A stretch of 27,166 nucleotides of DNA, from contig JBHIAH010000029.1 of the NCBI GenBank assembly GCA_046758505.1, positions 1 through 27,166 of the forward strand. The letters run 5' to 3'. Under the pieces are notes generated by a model that saw only the letters and a list, made by a program, of their open reading frames with translations, was not told where the DNA came from and did no database searches. The stretch comes from Candidatus Methylomirabilales bacterium. Lineage in GTDB: Bacteria > Methylomirabilota > Methylomirabilia > Methylomirabilales > CSP1-5. Position numbers and translations under genes: made by a program. Positions 1-8,216 of the stretch are shown here, piece by piece (the first letter of the stretch is position 1; each line of letters opens with the position of its first letter).

Positions 1-1655
1 GTCCCCGGGGCGAGGTTGGTGTTGAAGAGGGGATCGTAGGCCCAGTTCCGGTTCGGGGGCCGGTAGTAGTTATCCCCCGCGTTCCCGCAGCAGCGCCAGT
101 TACCGGTGGCCTGGAGGCTGTGCCACAGCGCGATGATGGAGCCGTTATAGGTGAAGGTCTTGCCGTTCCAGTTCTCCAGGAAGCGGATGACGTTCTCGAG
201 CTGGCCGTTCCCCTGCCCCACGGCCGACTCCGCGTTCGGGCCCAGGGCGAAGGCGGCGTTCACCGTGGTGTTACTCGCCGGCCGGTTCGAGGTCACCTGG
301 GCCCCCTTGCTATCGGAGTTGTTCGGCCCCCAGTTGGTGGAGAGGACGGTGATGGCGTCGGCGAGGACGGCGGCCGGCACCTTGTTCACCGTGTTGTAGT
401 CCCCCTGAATGTAGACCGGGTTCTCCGAGACCACGGTGAAGCCCTGGCCCGGGAGCTGGGTCCCGTTCACCAGGCGGACCCCCTTGTGGAGCCCGTCGTG
501 GGCCACGTAGAGGATGCCGTTTTGCGGGGCCTCCCCGCTCGCCATCAAGGCGCTGATGTCCAGCTCGAGGACGGTGATATTGGCCTCTTCCCGCTTGTCA
601 TAGAAGGTCTTGGGCGTCACCACCCCGGCGGGGAGGGTGACGGGGGTGCCGTCCTTATGTTTCGCGGTCCCCGTGGTGTCCTCAATCCGCAGGTCGGCCT
701 GGTAGTAGAGCTTCGCCGCCTGCAGCTCCGGGGAGTCGGCGGCCGTCCCCCGCTCAATCAATTGGTGGGCCACCACATCGGGGTTGGCCGGGTCGTAGAA
801 GAGGTCCGGGAGGGGGGGGATGATCTCCTGGACCCCCATGGCGCTGTCCCGGACGAGGCCGTCGAAGGTCCCGAGGGCCGCCGTCCGCCAGTCCTGGACC
901 GCCCAGGGATTGGTGAAGCCCGGGTCGGTGTCGTGATCGAAGTTGAGCACCTGGTACGTCCCGCTCCCGTCCCTGATCTGGGGGTCACTCCCCCGGGTCG
1001 CCGGGTCCCGCTTGAGGTAGCGGTAGACGTTCCCCACGGTGGTCACGAAGGAGTCGAATTGCATGCTCGCATTGCGGACGTAGATGTTGCTGTTGGCGTG
1101 GACCCGGCCGTTGAAGGTCATGGGGGGGCCGGGGGCGATCTCGAGGTCCACCCCCGTGCCGTAGAAGACCCCGAACTGGAAGAGGGGGATCTCGAGGTAC
1201 TTCACCACCTGCTGGAGCTGGGTCCGGCTCTGCCGGGGCCCGGTCACGGCGGCCGTGATCCGGAAATCGGTCGTCTGGGCGAGGAGGCCCGCGTAGGGGC
1301 CCGTGTCGATCGTCGTGGCGTAGGGCGTCGGCCGGATGTAGGCGACCTGGAAGGTGGTGAAGCTATAGTTGGGATCGGTCAGGGTCGGGGGGAGGAGGCC
1401 GCCCAGGGCGGTCGGCGTCGGGGTCGGGGTGGCCGCCAGGAGGGCCCGGAGCCCCACGACGCCGGCCTCGAGCCCCGCCTCGGCGGCATAGAAGGTCTGG
1501 GTGTGGTTCCGGTAGTTGCTCGCCACCGTATCCTCGGTCTGGGCCACCGCCAGGAAGGTCAAGCCCTGGACCAACAGGACGGTCATGACCAGGAGGGTGG
1601 CGATGAGGACGGCGCCGCGCTGGGCGGTTGTAGCTCGGGTGATGCGCTGTTTCAT
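1..1655 (-). CDS. PilX-type N-terminal (pilus assembly/minor pilin-like) large protein, >550 aa, 3' end beyond the window edge
   Basis: Absent from the ORF track because it runs off the edge. Translated by hand from ATG 1655 (SD AAGGAG upstream): MKQRITRATTAQRG|AVLIATLLVMTVLLVQGLTFLAVAQTEDTVASNYRNHTQTFYAAEAGLE. This has a prepilin-like RG|A site, a hydrophobic helix and the PilX_N 'YAAEAGLE' motif. The frame stays open to position 1 (...RPPNRNWAYDPLFNTNLAPG). Confidence 0.85.
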   Translation of the reverse strand, partial: MKQRITRATTAQRGAVLIATLLVMTVLLVQGLTFLAVAQTEDTVASNYRNHTQTFYAAEAGLEAGVVGLRALLAATPTPTPTALGGLLPPTLTDPNYSFTTFQVAYIRPTPYATTIDTGPYAGLLAQTTDFRITAAVTGPRQSRTQLQQVVKYLEIPLFQFGVFYGTGVDLEIAPGPPMTFNGRVHANSNIYVRNASMQFDSFVTTVGNVYRYLKRDPATRGSDPQIRDGSGTYQVLNFDHDTDPGFTNPWAVQDWRTAALGTFDGLVRDSAMGVQEIIPPLPDLFYDPANPDVVAHQLIERGTAADSPELQAAKLYYQADLRIEDTTGTAKHKDGTPVTLPAGVVTPKTFYDKREEANITVLELDISALMASGEAPQNGILYVAHDGLHKGVRLVNGTQLPGQGFTVVSENPVYIQGDYNTVNKVPAAVLADAITVLSTNWGPNNSDSKGAQVTSNRPASNTTVNAAFALGPNAESAVGQGNGQLENVIRFLENWNGKTFTYNGSIIALWHSLQATGNWRCCGNAGDNYYRPPNRNWAYDPLFNTNLAPG

Positions 1656-1713
1656 GGCTGGACTCCTTGTGTCGGGTCCTCACCCGGTCGACGTCCGTGG
1701 TGGGAAAGGATAG

Positions 1714-1730
1714 AGCAGGGGCTGTGCCAA
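1714..1730 (-). promoter_or_regulatory. sigma-54 (-24/-12) promoter of the pilX-like gene
   Basis: Minus strand reads TTGGCACAGCCCCTGCT, i.e. GG-N10-GC with TGGCAC, about 60 nt upstream of the ATG. Confidence 0.8.
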
Positions 1731-1745
1731 ACTTTGAATCTGGCG

Positions 1746-1758
1746 TAACCTGCTGATT
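1746..1758 (-). promoter_or_regulatory. IHF binding site
   Basis: Minus strand AATCAGCAGGTTA matches WATCARNNNNTTR exactly and lies between the sigma-54 promoter and the putative enhancer sites. Confidence 0.65.
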
Positions 1759-1818
1759 GTATGGGCTAGACGAGACTACTGGAGGGGAGGGAGAAGGCTG
1801 GAGAAGCTAAGGAAGTCC

Positions 1819-1860
1819 GCCATGCTGTCACAGAGTCAATTTGACTCAGCCATTTTGTCA
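1819..1860. promoter_or_regulatory. putative enhancer (UAS) sites for a sigma-54 activator
   Basis: GCCATGCTGTCA (1819-1830), perfect palindrome GAGTCAA-T-TTGACTC (1833-1847) and GCCATTTTGTCA (1849-1860). All share GYCA-N3-TGWC and lie about 90-130 bp upstream of the -24 box. Confidence 0.55.
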
Positions 1861-3272
1861 TCGAAAATGTGGTTCAGGTTGTAGCGCTTGATCTTCCGAT
1901 ACAGGGTCCGTTGGGAGATCCCGAGAAGGCGGGCGGCAGCGGCCTTGTTCCCCTTTACCTCCCGCAGAGTGGCCAGCAGGGCCTGACGCTCGAGCACCTC
2001 GAGGGACGTCCCGACTGCGAAGGTGAGGGACCGCTCCGTGGTCAACTGTCGGAGGCTCCCGGGGAGGTGCTCTGGCCGGATTGACTCCCCGCGGGTCAAC
2101 ACCACGGCCCGCTCGATACAGTTTTCCAGTTCCCGGACATTGCCAGGCCAGTCGTAGTCCAAAAGGAGTGCAAGGGCATCCGGCGCGATCTCCCGGACCT
2201 CCCGTTTCAGCCGCTTGTGGTAGAGCTGGAGGAAGTGCTGTGCGAGGAGCAGGATATCCTCCCGGCGCTCCCTCAGGTCGGGGAGGTGGATGCCGATCAC
2301 GTTGAGGCGGTAGTACAGGTCGGGCCGGAACCGCCCTGCCGCCATCGCCTGGGCCAGGTCCTGGTTGGTCGCGGCGATGATCCGGACGTCCACCCGCGTC
2401 GGCTGCTCTCCTCCCACCGGCTTGACTTCCCCCTCTTGGATCGCACGCAGGAGCCTGACTTGCATGCTGGGGCTGGTCTCGCTGATCTCGTCCAGGAAGA
2501 GCGTCCCACCATCTGCCTCTTTGAAGAGCCCGCGCTTGGTGGCGATGGCCCCGGTGAAGGCGCCCTTGATGTGGCCGAATAGCTCGCTCTCGAGCAGGGT
2601 CTCGGTCAAGCCCCCACAGTTGATGGCCAGGAAGGGACGCTCCTTGCGGGGACTGTGAAAGTGGAGCGCCTTGGCGATCAGCTCCTTGCCGGTTCCGGTC
2701 TTTCCCTGGATGAGGACCGTGGCCTCGCTCCCCTCGAGGTCCTCGATCAGGCGGAAGATCTCCTGCATGCGGGGGCTTTTGCCGAGGATGTTGTCAAACT
2801 GGTGTCGCTCTTCGAGCTGGCGCCGGAGGTAGATGTTCTCTTGCCGCAGCTGCTGCTCCTCGATCGCTCGACGCACCAGGTGGAGGAGCCGCTCGGTGGT
2901 GGCGGGCTTTGTGAGGTAGGCGTACGCTCCCATCTTGATGGCTTCGACGGCCGAGTCGATCGAGGCGTGGGCAGTGGTAATGATCACCGGCAGGTCGGGG
3001 TGGTCGCCGTGAACCGCCTTCAGGAAGGCCAAGCCGTCCATGCCCGGCATCCGGAGATCGGTAATGACCAGATCGAGAGGGACCGCCTGGACGATGGCCA
3101 GGCCCTCCTTCCCGCCGGCCGCCGTGATCACCTCATAGCCGTTGGCCTCGAGGATCGTCTGGAGCAGCTCGCGGGAGACGGCGTCATCGTCTACCGCCAG
3201 GATCTTGATCTTCTTTGGGTCCACCTTCACCTTTTGCTCCAGGGGCTGCACCGCGCTTTGCTCTGTTACCAT
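1836..3272 (-). CDS. NtrC-family sigma-54-dependent response regulator (REC-AAA+-Fis HTH)
   Basis: Receiver domain (ILAVDDD, DLVITDLRMP, AYAYLTKP), Walker A GKTGTGKE, GAFTGA loop, Walker B LFLDEI, WPGNVRELEN and a C-terminal HTH (NKAAAARLLGISQRTLYRK). Confidence 0.95.
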   Translation of the reverse strand: MVTEQSAVQPLEQKVKVDPKKIKILAVDDDAVSRELLQTILEANGYEVITAAGGKEGLAIVQAVPLDLVITDLRMPGMDGLAFLKAVHGDHPDLPVIITTAHASIDSAVEAIKMGAYAYLTKPATTERLLHLVRRAIEEQQLRQENIYLRRQLEERHQFDNILGKSPRMQEIFRLIEDLEGSEATVLIQGKTGTGKELIAKALHFHSPRKERPFLAINCGGLTETLLESELFGHIKGAFTGAIATKRGLFKEADGGTLFLDEISETSPSMQVRLLRAIQEGEVKPVGGEQPTRVDVRIIAATNQDLAQAMAAGRFRPDLYYRLNVIGIHLPDLRERREDILLLAQHFLQLYHKRLKREVREIAPDALALLLDYDWPGNVRELENCIERAVVLTRGESIRPEHLPGSLRQLTTERSLTFAVGTSLEVLERQALLATLREVKGNKAAAARLLGISQRTLYRKIKRYNLNHIFDDKMAESN

Positions 3273-3290
3273 CCGCTCCCCTTCATCGCC

Positions 3291-3512
3291 TCACCGCGCC
3301 CGGCCGGCGTAGTGCGAAGCACAGCTGTCGCACCACAACGTACTCCACCGCGGCTCCTTGATGCTGATCAGCTCCAACACGCCCAATGCCGGGCGACGGG
3401 TGACGGTATACCTGAGCTTGCCGAGGGTGAAATCCGGGATGTTCACTTTGCATAGAGGCCTGATATGCGTCTCTGACCCACTGGCACTTCCCAGGGAGAA
3501 AAACGTGACCAC
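3291..3512 (-). CDS. small hypothetical protein (73 aa) with a CxxC motif
   Basis: Codons in this frame are GC3-rich compared with overlapping frames, and the stop lies just before the regulator's SD. The start is uncertain and no family is recognised. Confidence 0.35.
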   Translation of the reverse strand: MVTFFSLGSASGSETHIRPLCKVNIPDFTLGKLRYTVTRRPALGVLELISIKEPRWSTLWCDSCASHYAGRAR

Positions 3513-3928
3513 GGCTCCGGGGAGGGGTTTTCAAAGTCTGCACCGCCCGACTGTTCATGGGTACTCGCCCTGTCCCCCCGTGGCATTCCTCCTTCGGGGT
3601 AAGGATGCCACCTTCGCAATCTGGTCCGCACCGGAACCGAAAAATGCTCCCCCCTCGCGTCCGTATGGAGTGCCACGGAGACCAGGGACGTCTATCGGTC
3701 GGGGCAGACCCGAAAGGATCTGGCTTTATTGGCGCGGTGCAAGGATCGGACCAACCCGGAATCTCAGCGTCAATACACCGTTTGCTCGCTCCCATGCGGG
3801 GTGGATTATCTCAAGGAATTGGGCGTTGAGCGGTCAGAATGGGAGCACCGATCGGATGAGTGGAGTGCGCGAGCGGTCAGCTGGGGGGAAAACCGTGGAG
3901 GCTACGATTGGCGGATGATCGGCAACTC

Positions 3929-4855
3929 CTAGCCCAAGAGGCGGGCAATATTCCCGCTGAGCATCTGGGCAACCTGTGGTGACGGGACATGCAGTACCTT
4001 CAGGACCTGTGCCTGGGCCTCGAAGATATCCTTCCGCCACCCCCGAGGGAAGAAGCTGGAATCCGTTCCAAAGAGGATCCGTTCCGGCCCCATGACCTGC
4101 AGGGTCTTGGCAAAGAGAGTGCTGAGGTCGAGGGGGTAGGGCATGAGGCGGACCCAGCTGTTGGAGCTCGAGGTGTCAGTATAGATGTTCGCGCACTGGT
4201 CGGCGATGAGCAGGAGCTCGCGGAAGAACCCACATCCGAAGTGCGGGATGACAAAGGGGAGGCTGGGAAAGGCTTTGGCCACGCCGTGGAGGTCCACGGG
4301 ATTGGCGAAGCGCATTTCGAACCGACTCGGGAGGCCGAGCATGTCGCGGATGCCGACCTTCAGGTGGCCGCAGTGGACAAAGACGATGCCGCCGTGCGCG
4401 GCTGCCGTCTCGTAGATTGGCAGCAGGCGCGCGTCCCACAGGTGGAAGCGGTGCATGGCCGGAAAGAGGCAGACGCCTCTGAGGCCCAGCTCGGCGAAGG
4501 CCCGCGTGATCCGTGCGGGTGCCTCGTCGGACGTGGGATCCACCATGGCGTAGGGAATGATCCGGTCGGGATAGGCGTCGGCCGCCGCCGCAACCGACTC
4601 CTCGTCCCCCGGGACGCTGGCAATCAGGACCATCCGGTCGATGCCGTGCCGATCCATCTCGGCGACCCACCGTGTACCAAGGTGGACGGGGTCCGCCTCG
4701 GGAAAGTCCCAGGGGAGGCGTGTGTGCAGTGTGGGATAGAGTTCGGCCTCTGACGGGGGTTCGGGCAGCCCTCTCGCCAGCGTGGCGAAGAATCGGTGGG
4801 AGAAGAAATGGACGTGGGCATCAATGACGGGGATCTCGCCGAACGGTGTCTGCAT
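3929..4855 (-). CDS. amidohydrolase_2 family metal-dependent hydrolase
   Basis: IDAHVH, FVHCG, FVIPHFG, IYTDTS and RILFGTDS motifs. Confidence 0.9.
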   Translation of the reverse strand: MQTPFGEIPVIDAHVHFFSHRFFATLARGLPEPPSEAELYPTLHTRLPWDFPEADPVHLGTRWVAEMDRHGIDRMVLIASVPGDEESVAAAADAYPDRIIPYAMVDPTSDEAPARITRAFAELGLRGVCLFPAMHRFHLWDARLLPIYETAAAHGGIVFVHCGHLKVGIRDMLGLPSRFEMRFANPVDLHGVAKAFPSLPFVIPHFGCGFFRELLLIADQCANIYTDTSSSNSWVRLMPYPLDLSTLFAKTLQVMGPERILFGTDSSFFPRGWRKDIFEAQAQVLKVLHVPSPQVAQMLSGNIARLLG

Positions 4856-4897
4856 CGCCTCATCCCGGGAATGGTTCCACTCGTCGAGGTCGTCAGG

Positions 4898-4926
4898 ATT
4901 ATAGCGGTCGTATGGGTCCTTTGCAA
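4898..4926 (-). promoter_or_regulatory. sigma-70-type promoter of the amidohydrolase
   Basis: Minus strand TTGCAA-N17-TATAAT. Confidence 0.65.
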
Positions 4927-4967
4927 AGAGGGCTGTGCGATCCGGAGGGCTGGGGGAGTGGATAGAG

Positions 4968-5432
4968 CAGCACGTTCGGTCCCTCGCTCCCGGCCTCCCG
5001 CGGCGACCCTGTTCGGCGGCTTACGCCCTGGGTCCCTCCGTGTTCACGATCCGTGCAAAGAAAGTCGGACACGGATCGCGCCTCGGTTTCCCAGGCCGTC
5101 GCCCGCCGAGGGGCCCCGCCGCTCCCGGCATGTCGCTTGGGACCTCCACGTGCTGCACCCGGGTGAGAAAGCAGAGAACTAGGTCACGGAGCCGAGGGAG
5201 GGGCGGATCCGCGAGGAAAGCGGAATCTGGTTTGCGGGGCGGCCAGGGGGAACCTCCCGCCGGAGCGCAGTGCAGGTGGGGGATGGCCGTCCTGGTGCCT
5301 GGCCGTGGCGCCTTGCGCGGAACTGTGCACTCCACGAACCATTTACCAGTGGAATTATTACGCTGACGAGCGGAACGGCCCTCCCGAGGATCAAGATACT
5401 GTGAGACCGGGAGCGAGGGACCGAAGGTGCTG
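4968..5432 (+). repeat. structured intergenic repeat element, copy 1, with 30-bp terminal inverted repeats (MITE-like or structured RNA)
   Basis: 4968-4997 and 5403-5432 are reverse complements at 28/30 positions. The interior (to ~5396) is colinear with 18015-18436. There is no credible ORF. Confidence 0.85.
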
Positions 5433-5520
5433 TCTCCTTCGGCCGGGGAAGACCCACTCCGCGAGCCCTTCCCGGCTCGAGTGCGATGGGGTGTCTCGGA
5501 GTAAGAGACCAAATGTGCCA

Positions 5521-5549
5521 TTGCCCTCCCTTTTCCTCTCGGGTATCAT
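5521..5549 (+). promoter_or_regulatory. sigma-70-type promoter of nth (near-leaderless)
   Basis: TTGCCC-N17-TATCAT, with the ATG only 8 nt downstream and no SD. Confidence 0.5.
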
Positions 5550-5557
5550 GATGGCCG

Positions 5558-6214
5558 ATGAAAGAGACTAACATTGACGCGATTGTCCGCACCCTGAAGC
5601 GAGTCGTGGGAGGGTGGAATCCCACTGCCGTGGGACAGGTCGCGGAGGATTCCCGCGACCCCTTTCGCATCCTCGTCTCGTGTCTGCTGAGCCTCCGGAC
5701 CAAGGACGAGGTGACCGATGGGGCCTCTGCCCGCCTCTTTCGGCGTGCCGACACCCCCGCAAAGATGCTTCGGCTCCGCGAGGGAACGATCGCGCGGCTG
5801 ATTTATCCGGTGGGTTTTTACCGGACCAAGGCCAAGGTGATCCGCGGGGTCTGCCGCAGCCTGATTGACCGGTACGGGGGTCGGGTTCCAGACGACCTGA
5901 ATGAGCTGTTGACGTTAAAAGGGGTTGGCCGGAAGACGGCCAACTTGGTGGTCTCTCTCGGGTACGGAAGACCGGGGATCTGCGTGGATACGCATGTCCA
6001 TCGGATCTCGAACCGGTTGGGGTATGTGAAGACTAGGAAGCCGGAAGAAACGGAACAGGCCCTCCGGCGCACGCTTCCCCGGCGACACTGGATCACCTTC
6101 AACGATCTGCTGGTTACCTTCGGCCAAAACATCTGTAAGCCCATCTCCCCGCTCTGCAGTCGCTGCCCCGTGGAGCGGTACTGCGCCAAGGTGGGAGTCA
6201 CGAGAAGCCGTTGA
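5558..6214 (+). CDS. nth: endonuclease III (HhH-GPD glycosylase with 4Fe-4S cluster)
   Basis: LKGVGRKTANLV HhH motif, ICVDTHVHRISNRLG and C-X6-C-X2-C-X5-C (CKPISPLCSRCPVERYC). Confidence 0.95.
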   Translation: MKETNIDAIVRTLKRVVGGWNPTAVGQVAEDSRDPFRILVSCLLSLRTKDEVTDGASARLFRRADTPAKMLRLREGTIARLIYPVGFYRTKAKVIRGVCRSLIDRYGGRVPDDLNELLTLKGVGRKTANLVVSLGYGRPGICVDTHVHRISNRLGYVKTRKPEETEQALRRTLPRRHWITFNDLLVTFGQNICKPISPLCSRCPVERYCAKVGVTRSR

Positions 6215-6224
6215 CCGGCGACCG

Positions 6225-8090
6225 GTGAAAAGCATGCGTTCACGGTTCACGGGTCACAGTTCACGGAAAGAGCATTGGCTCAGGCTTTGGGTGCTGCTCG
6301 TACCCTTCTTGGTTGGGGCGGGCCTGCCGCCGGAAGAGGTGCTGACGGCAGGGGCGCTGCTCGAGCAGGTCCGGATCCTGGCGTCGCCGGCAATGACGGG
6401 CCGTGGGGTCGGTACCCCAGGGATTGCGCGGGCGGCGACGCACATTGTCCACGAGTTTCAGCAGGCGGGGCTGAAACCCGGAGGGACCGAAGGATACCGC
6501 CAGCCCTTTGGGGTGATCACCGGGGTGCATGTGGGGCCTCAGACCCGGATGCGCGTGATACGGGGAAAGCCCGACCGGAAGGAGCCGGAGGCCGTTGCCG
6601 AGCGGCTCTTTACCCCCTTTGGCTTCTCCGAAGATGGGGAGGTGGAAGGGGAGGTCTTCTTCGCAGGGTACGGGATCACCGCGCCGGAACTGCACTACGA
6701 TGACTATGCCGGCATCGATGTCACCGGTAAGATCGTCCTCGTCATGACCCATGAGCCACGGGAGAAAGATGAGCGGAGCCCCTTCCGGGATCCCAACGCC
6801 TACCGGTACACCGAGGTCCGCTACAAGGCCATCAATGCGAGAGAGCATGGGGCCAGGGCGATCCTGATCGTGGAGGACCCGGCCAATCATCGGGGGGAGC
6901 GAGAAGAGCTCTTCGCGATCCGGGGGGTCGCGGGCGGACGTCGCGTCGGAATCATCGCGATGAATGTCACGCGGAGGGTTGCCGAGGGACTCCTCACGCC
7001 CGCCGGGAAGACCCTCGTCCAGGTCCAGCGGGAGATCGATCGGGCGTTGACCCCTCACGGCTTTCTGATCCCGAGGGCCCGGGTGGCGATCCAGGTGAAG
7101 CTCATCGAAGAGCGAGGGACCACCGCCAACATCATCGGGGTCCTCCCCGGCAGAGATCCGCTCTTGCGAACGACCGCTATCGTCGTCGGTGCCCATTACG
7201 ACCACCTGGGTTTGGGGGGAGAATATTCCCTCGCCCCCTTGCAGTACGGTCGGATTCACCCCGGCGCCGATGATAACGCCTCGGGGACGGCCGGTCTGAT
7301 CCTGTTGGCCAGGGCCTTTGCGGAGCGCGGGGGGGCCAGGCGGACCCTGATCTTTACCGCCTTCTCCGCGGAGGAACTGGGCATCGTGGGCTCCGCCTAC
7401 TATGCGAAACATCCCTGGATCCCACTGGAGAAGACCGTTGCCATGGTCAATCTCGACATGATCGGCCGTCTCCGGAATCGAACCCTGTATGTTTTCGGCG
7501 TCAAGACGGGAGAGGAGTTTATCGACCTCCTCCAGCGAGTCAATGGGGGCCCCGACCTCACGCTCAAGCTCGGCGGGGACGGGTACGGTCCTTCGGATCA
7601 CACCAGTTTCTACACCCGAAAAGTTCCCGTCCTCTTCTTTTTCGCGGGGCCTCACACGGATTACCACCGGCCTTCGGACACCGTGGACAAGGTCAACGGA
7701 AAGGGACTGGCCGAGGTTGCTCGCTTCGTGTATCGGGTCATCGAGGATCTGGCCAATCGGCCCGAGCAGGTCACCTTCGTTCAGGTCAAGGAACCTCGGC
7801 CAGCGGGGAGAGGTCGGGGCTACGGGGCCTACTTTGGTGTGGTCCCCGATTTCGGGTCTCAGGAAGAAAAGGGGGTCCTGCTCAGTGCAGTCCGTCCCGG
7901 AAGCCCGGCAGCGAAGGCCGGCGTGCACGGGGGCGATATCATTGTGCACATGGCGGGGGTCCGCATCATAAATCTCCACGATCTCGTCTATGTGTTGCGA
8001 TCGAAGCGGGCCGGGGACCAGGTCGAGGTCGTCTTTGTGCGGAATGGCCAAGAGCTGCGGCGCACCGCCACTTTGGGGCGCCGCCGGTGA
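6225..8090 (+). CDS. secreted M28 family metallopeptidase with PA and C-terminal PDZ domains
   Basis: Signal-like N-terminus, PA insert (FAGYGITAPELHYDDY), GAHYDH, GADDNASG, AEELG, NLDMIG, SDH, YHRPSD and a PDZ domain (GSPAAKAGVHGGDII). The start could be GTG 6225 or ATG 6234. Confidence 0.92.
   Translation: MKSMRSRFTGHSSRKEHWLRLWVLLVPFLVGAGLPPEEVLTAGALLEQVRILASPAMTGRGVGTPGIARAATHIVHEFQQAGLKPGGTEGYRQPFGVITGVHVGPQTRMRVIRGKPDRKEPEAVAERLFTPFGFSEDGEVEGEVFFAGYGITAPELHYDDYAGIDVTGKIVLVMTHEPREKDERSPFRDPNAYRYTEVRYKAINAREHGARAILIVEDPANHRGEREELFAIRGVAGGRRVGIIAMNVTRRVAEGLLTPAGKTLVQVQREIDRALTPHGFLIPRARVAIQVKLIEERGTTANIIGVLPGRDPLLRTTAIVVGAHYDHLGLGGEYSLAPLQYGRIHPGADDNASGTAGLILLARAFAERGGARRTLIFTAFSAEELGIVGSAYYAKHPWIPLEKTVAMVNLDMIGRLRNRTLYVFGVKTGEEFIDLLQRVNGGPDLTLKLGGDGYGPSDHTSFYTRKVPVLFFFAGPHTDYHRPSDTVDKVNGKGLAEVARFVYRVIEDLANRPEQVTFVQVKEPRPAGRGRGYGAYFGVVPDFGSQEEKGVLLSAVRPGSPAAKAGVHGGDIIVHMAGVRIINLHDLVYVLRSKRAGDQVEVVFVRNGQELRRTATLGRRR
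6238..6265 (+). repeat. heptamer tandem array (GTTCACG-like x4)
   Basis: gttcacg gttcacg ggtcaca gttcacg. Confidence 0.7.
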
Positions 8091-8216
8091 CGCTCCCGGC
8101 GTAAGGGTCAGAACCCTCCCGCTGCTCTGGAGGCGGCGGGGGCCCTTCGGAGACGGCGCATCTCGCGATTGGCTTTGGCATGCGTTGGAGCATGAGGACG
8201 GGAAGGAGGGGGAATC

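Noticed and set aside
120..1748. 542-aa plus-strand ORF
   Set aside because: Antisense shadow of the pilX-like gene. The minus frame has the SD, promoter and recognisable motifs.
3655..3680. TGGCAC on the minus strand upstream of the regulator as a sigma-54 promoter
   Set aside because: No GC at the -12 position (TGGCACTCCATACGGA).
4975..5020. HDV-like ribozyme resemblance (GCC-UCCCGC-GGC as P3/L3 followed by CCCUGU)
   Set aside because: I could not build a consistent 7-bp P1 or a J4/2 plus P2 in both copies. It is left as something for a self-cleavage assay, not called.
4968..5432. Retron msr-msd, group II intron or CRISPR interpretation of the repeat element
   Set aside because: No reverse transcriptase in the window, no domain V motif seen, and no regular repeat-spacer pattern or cas genes.
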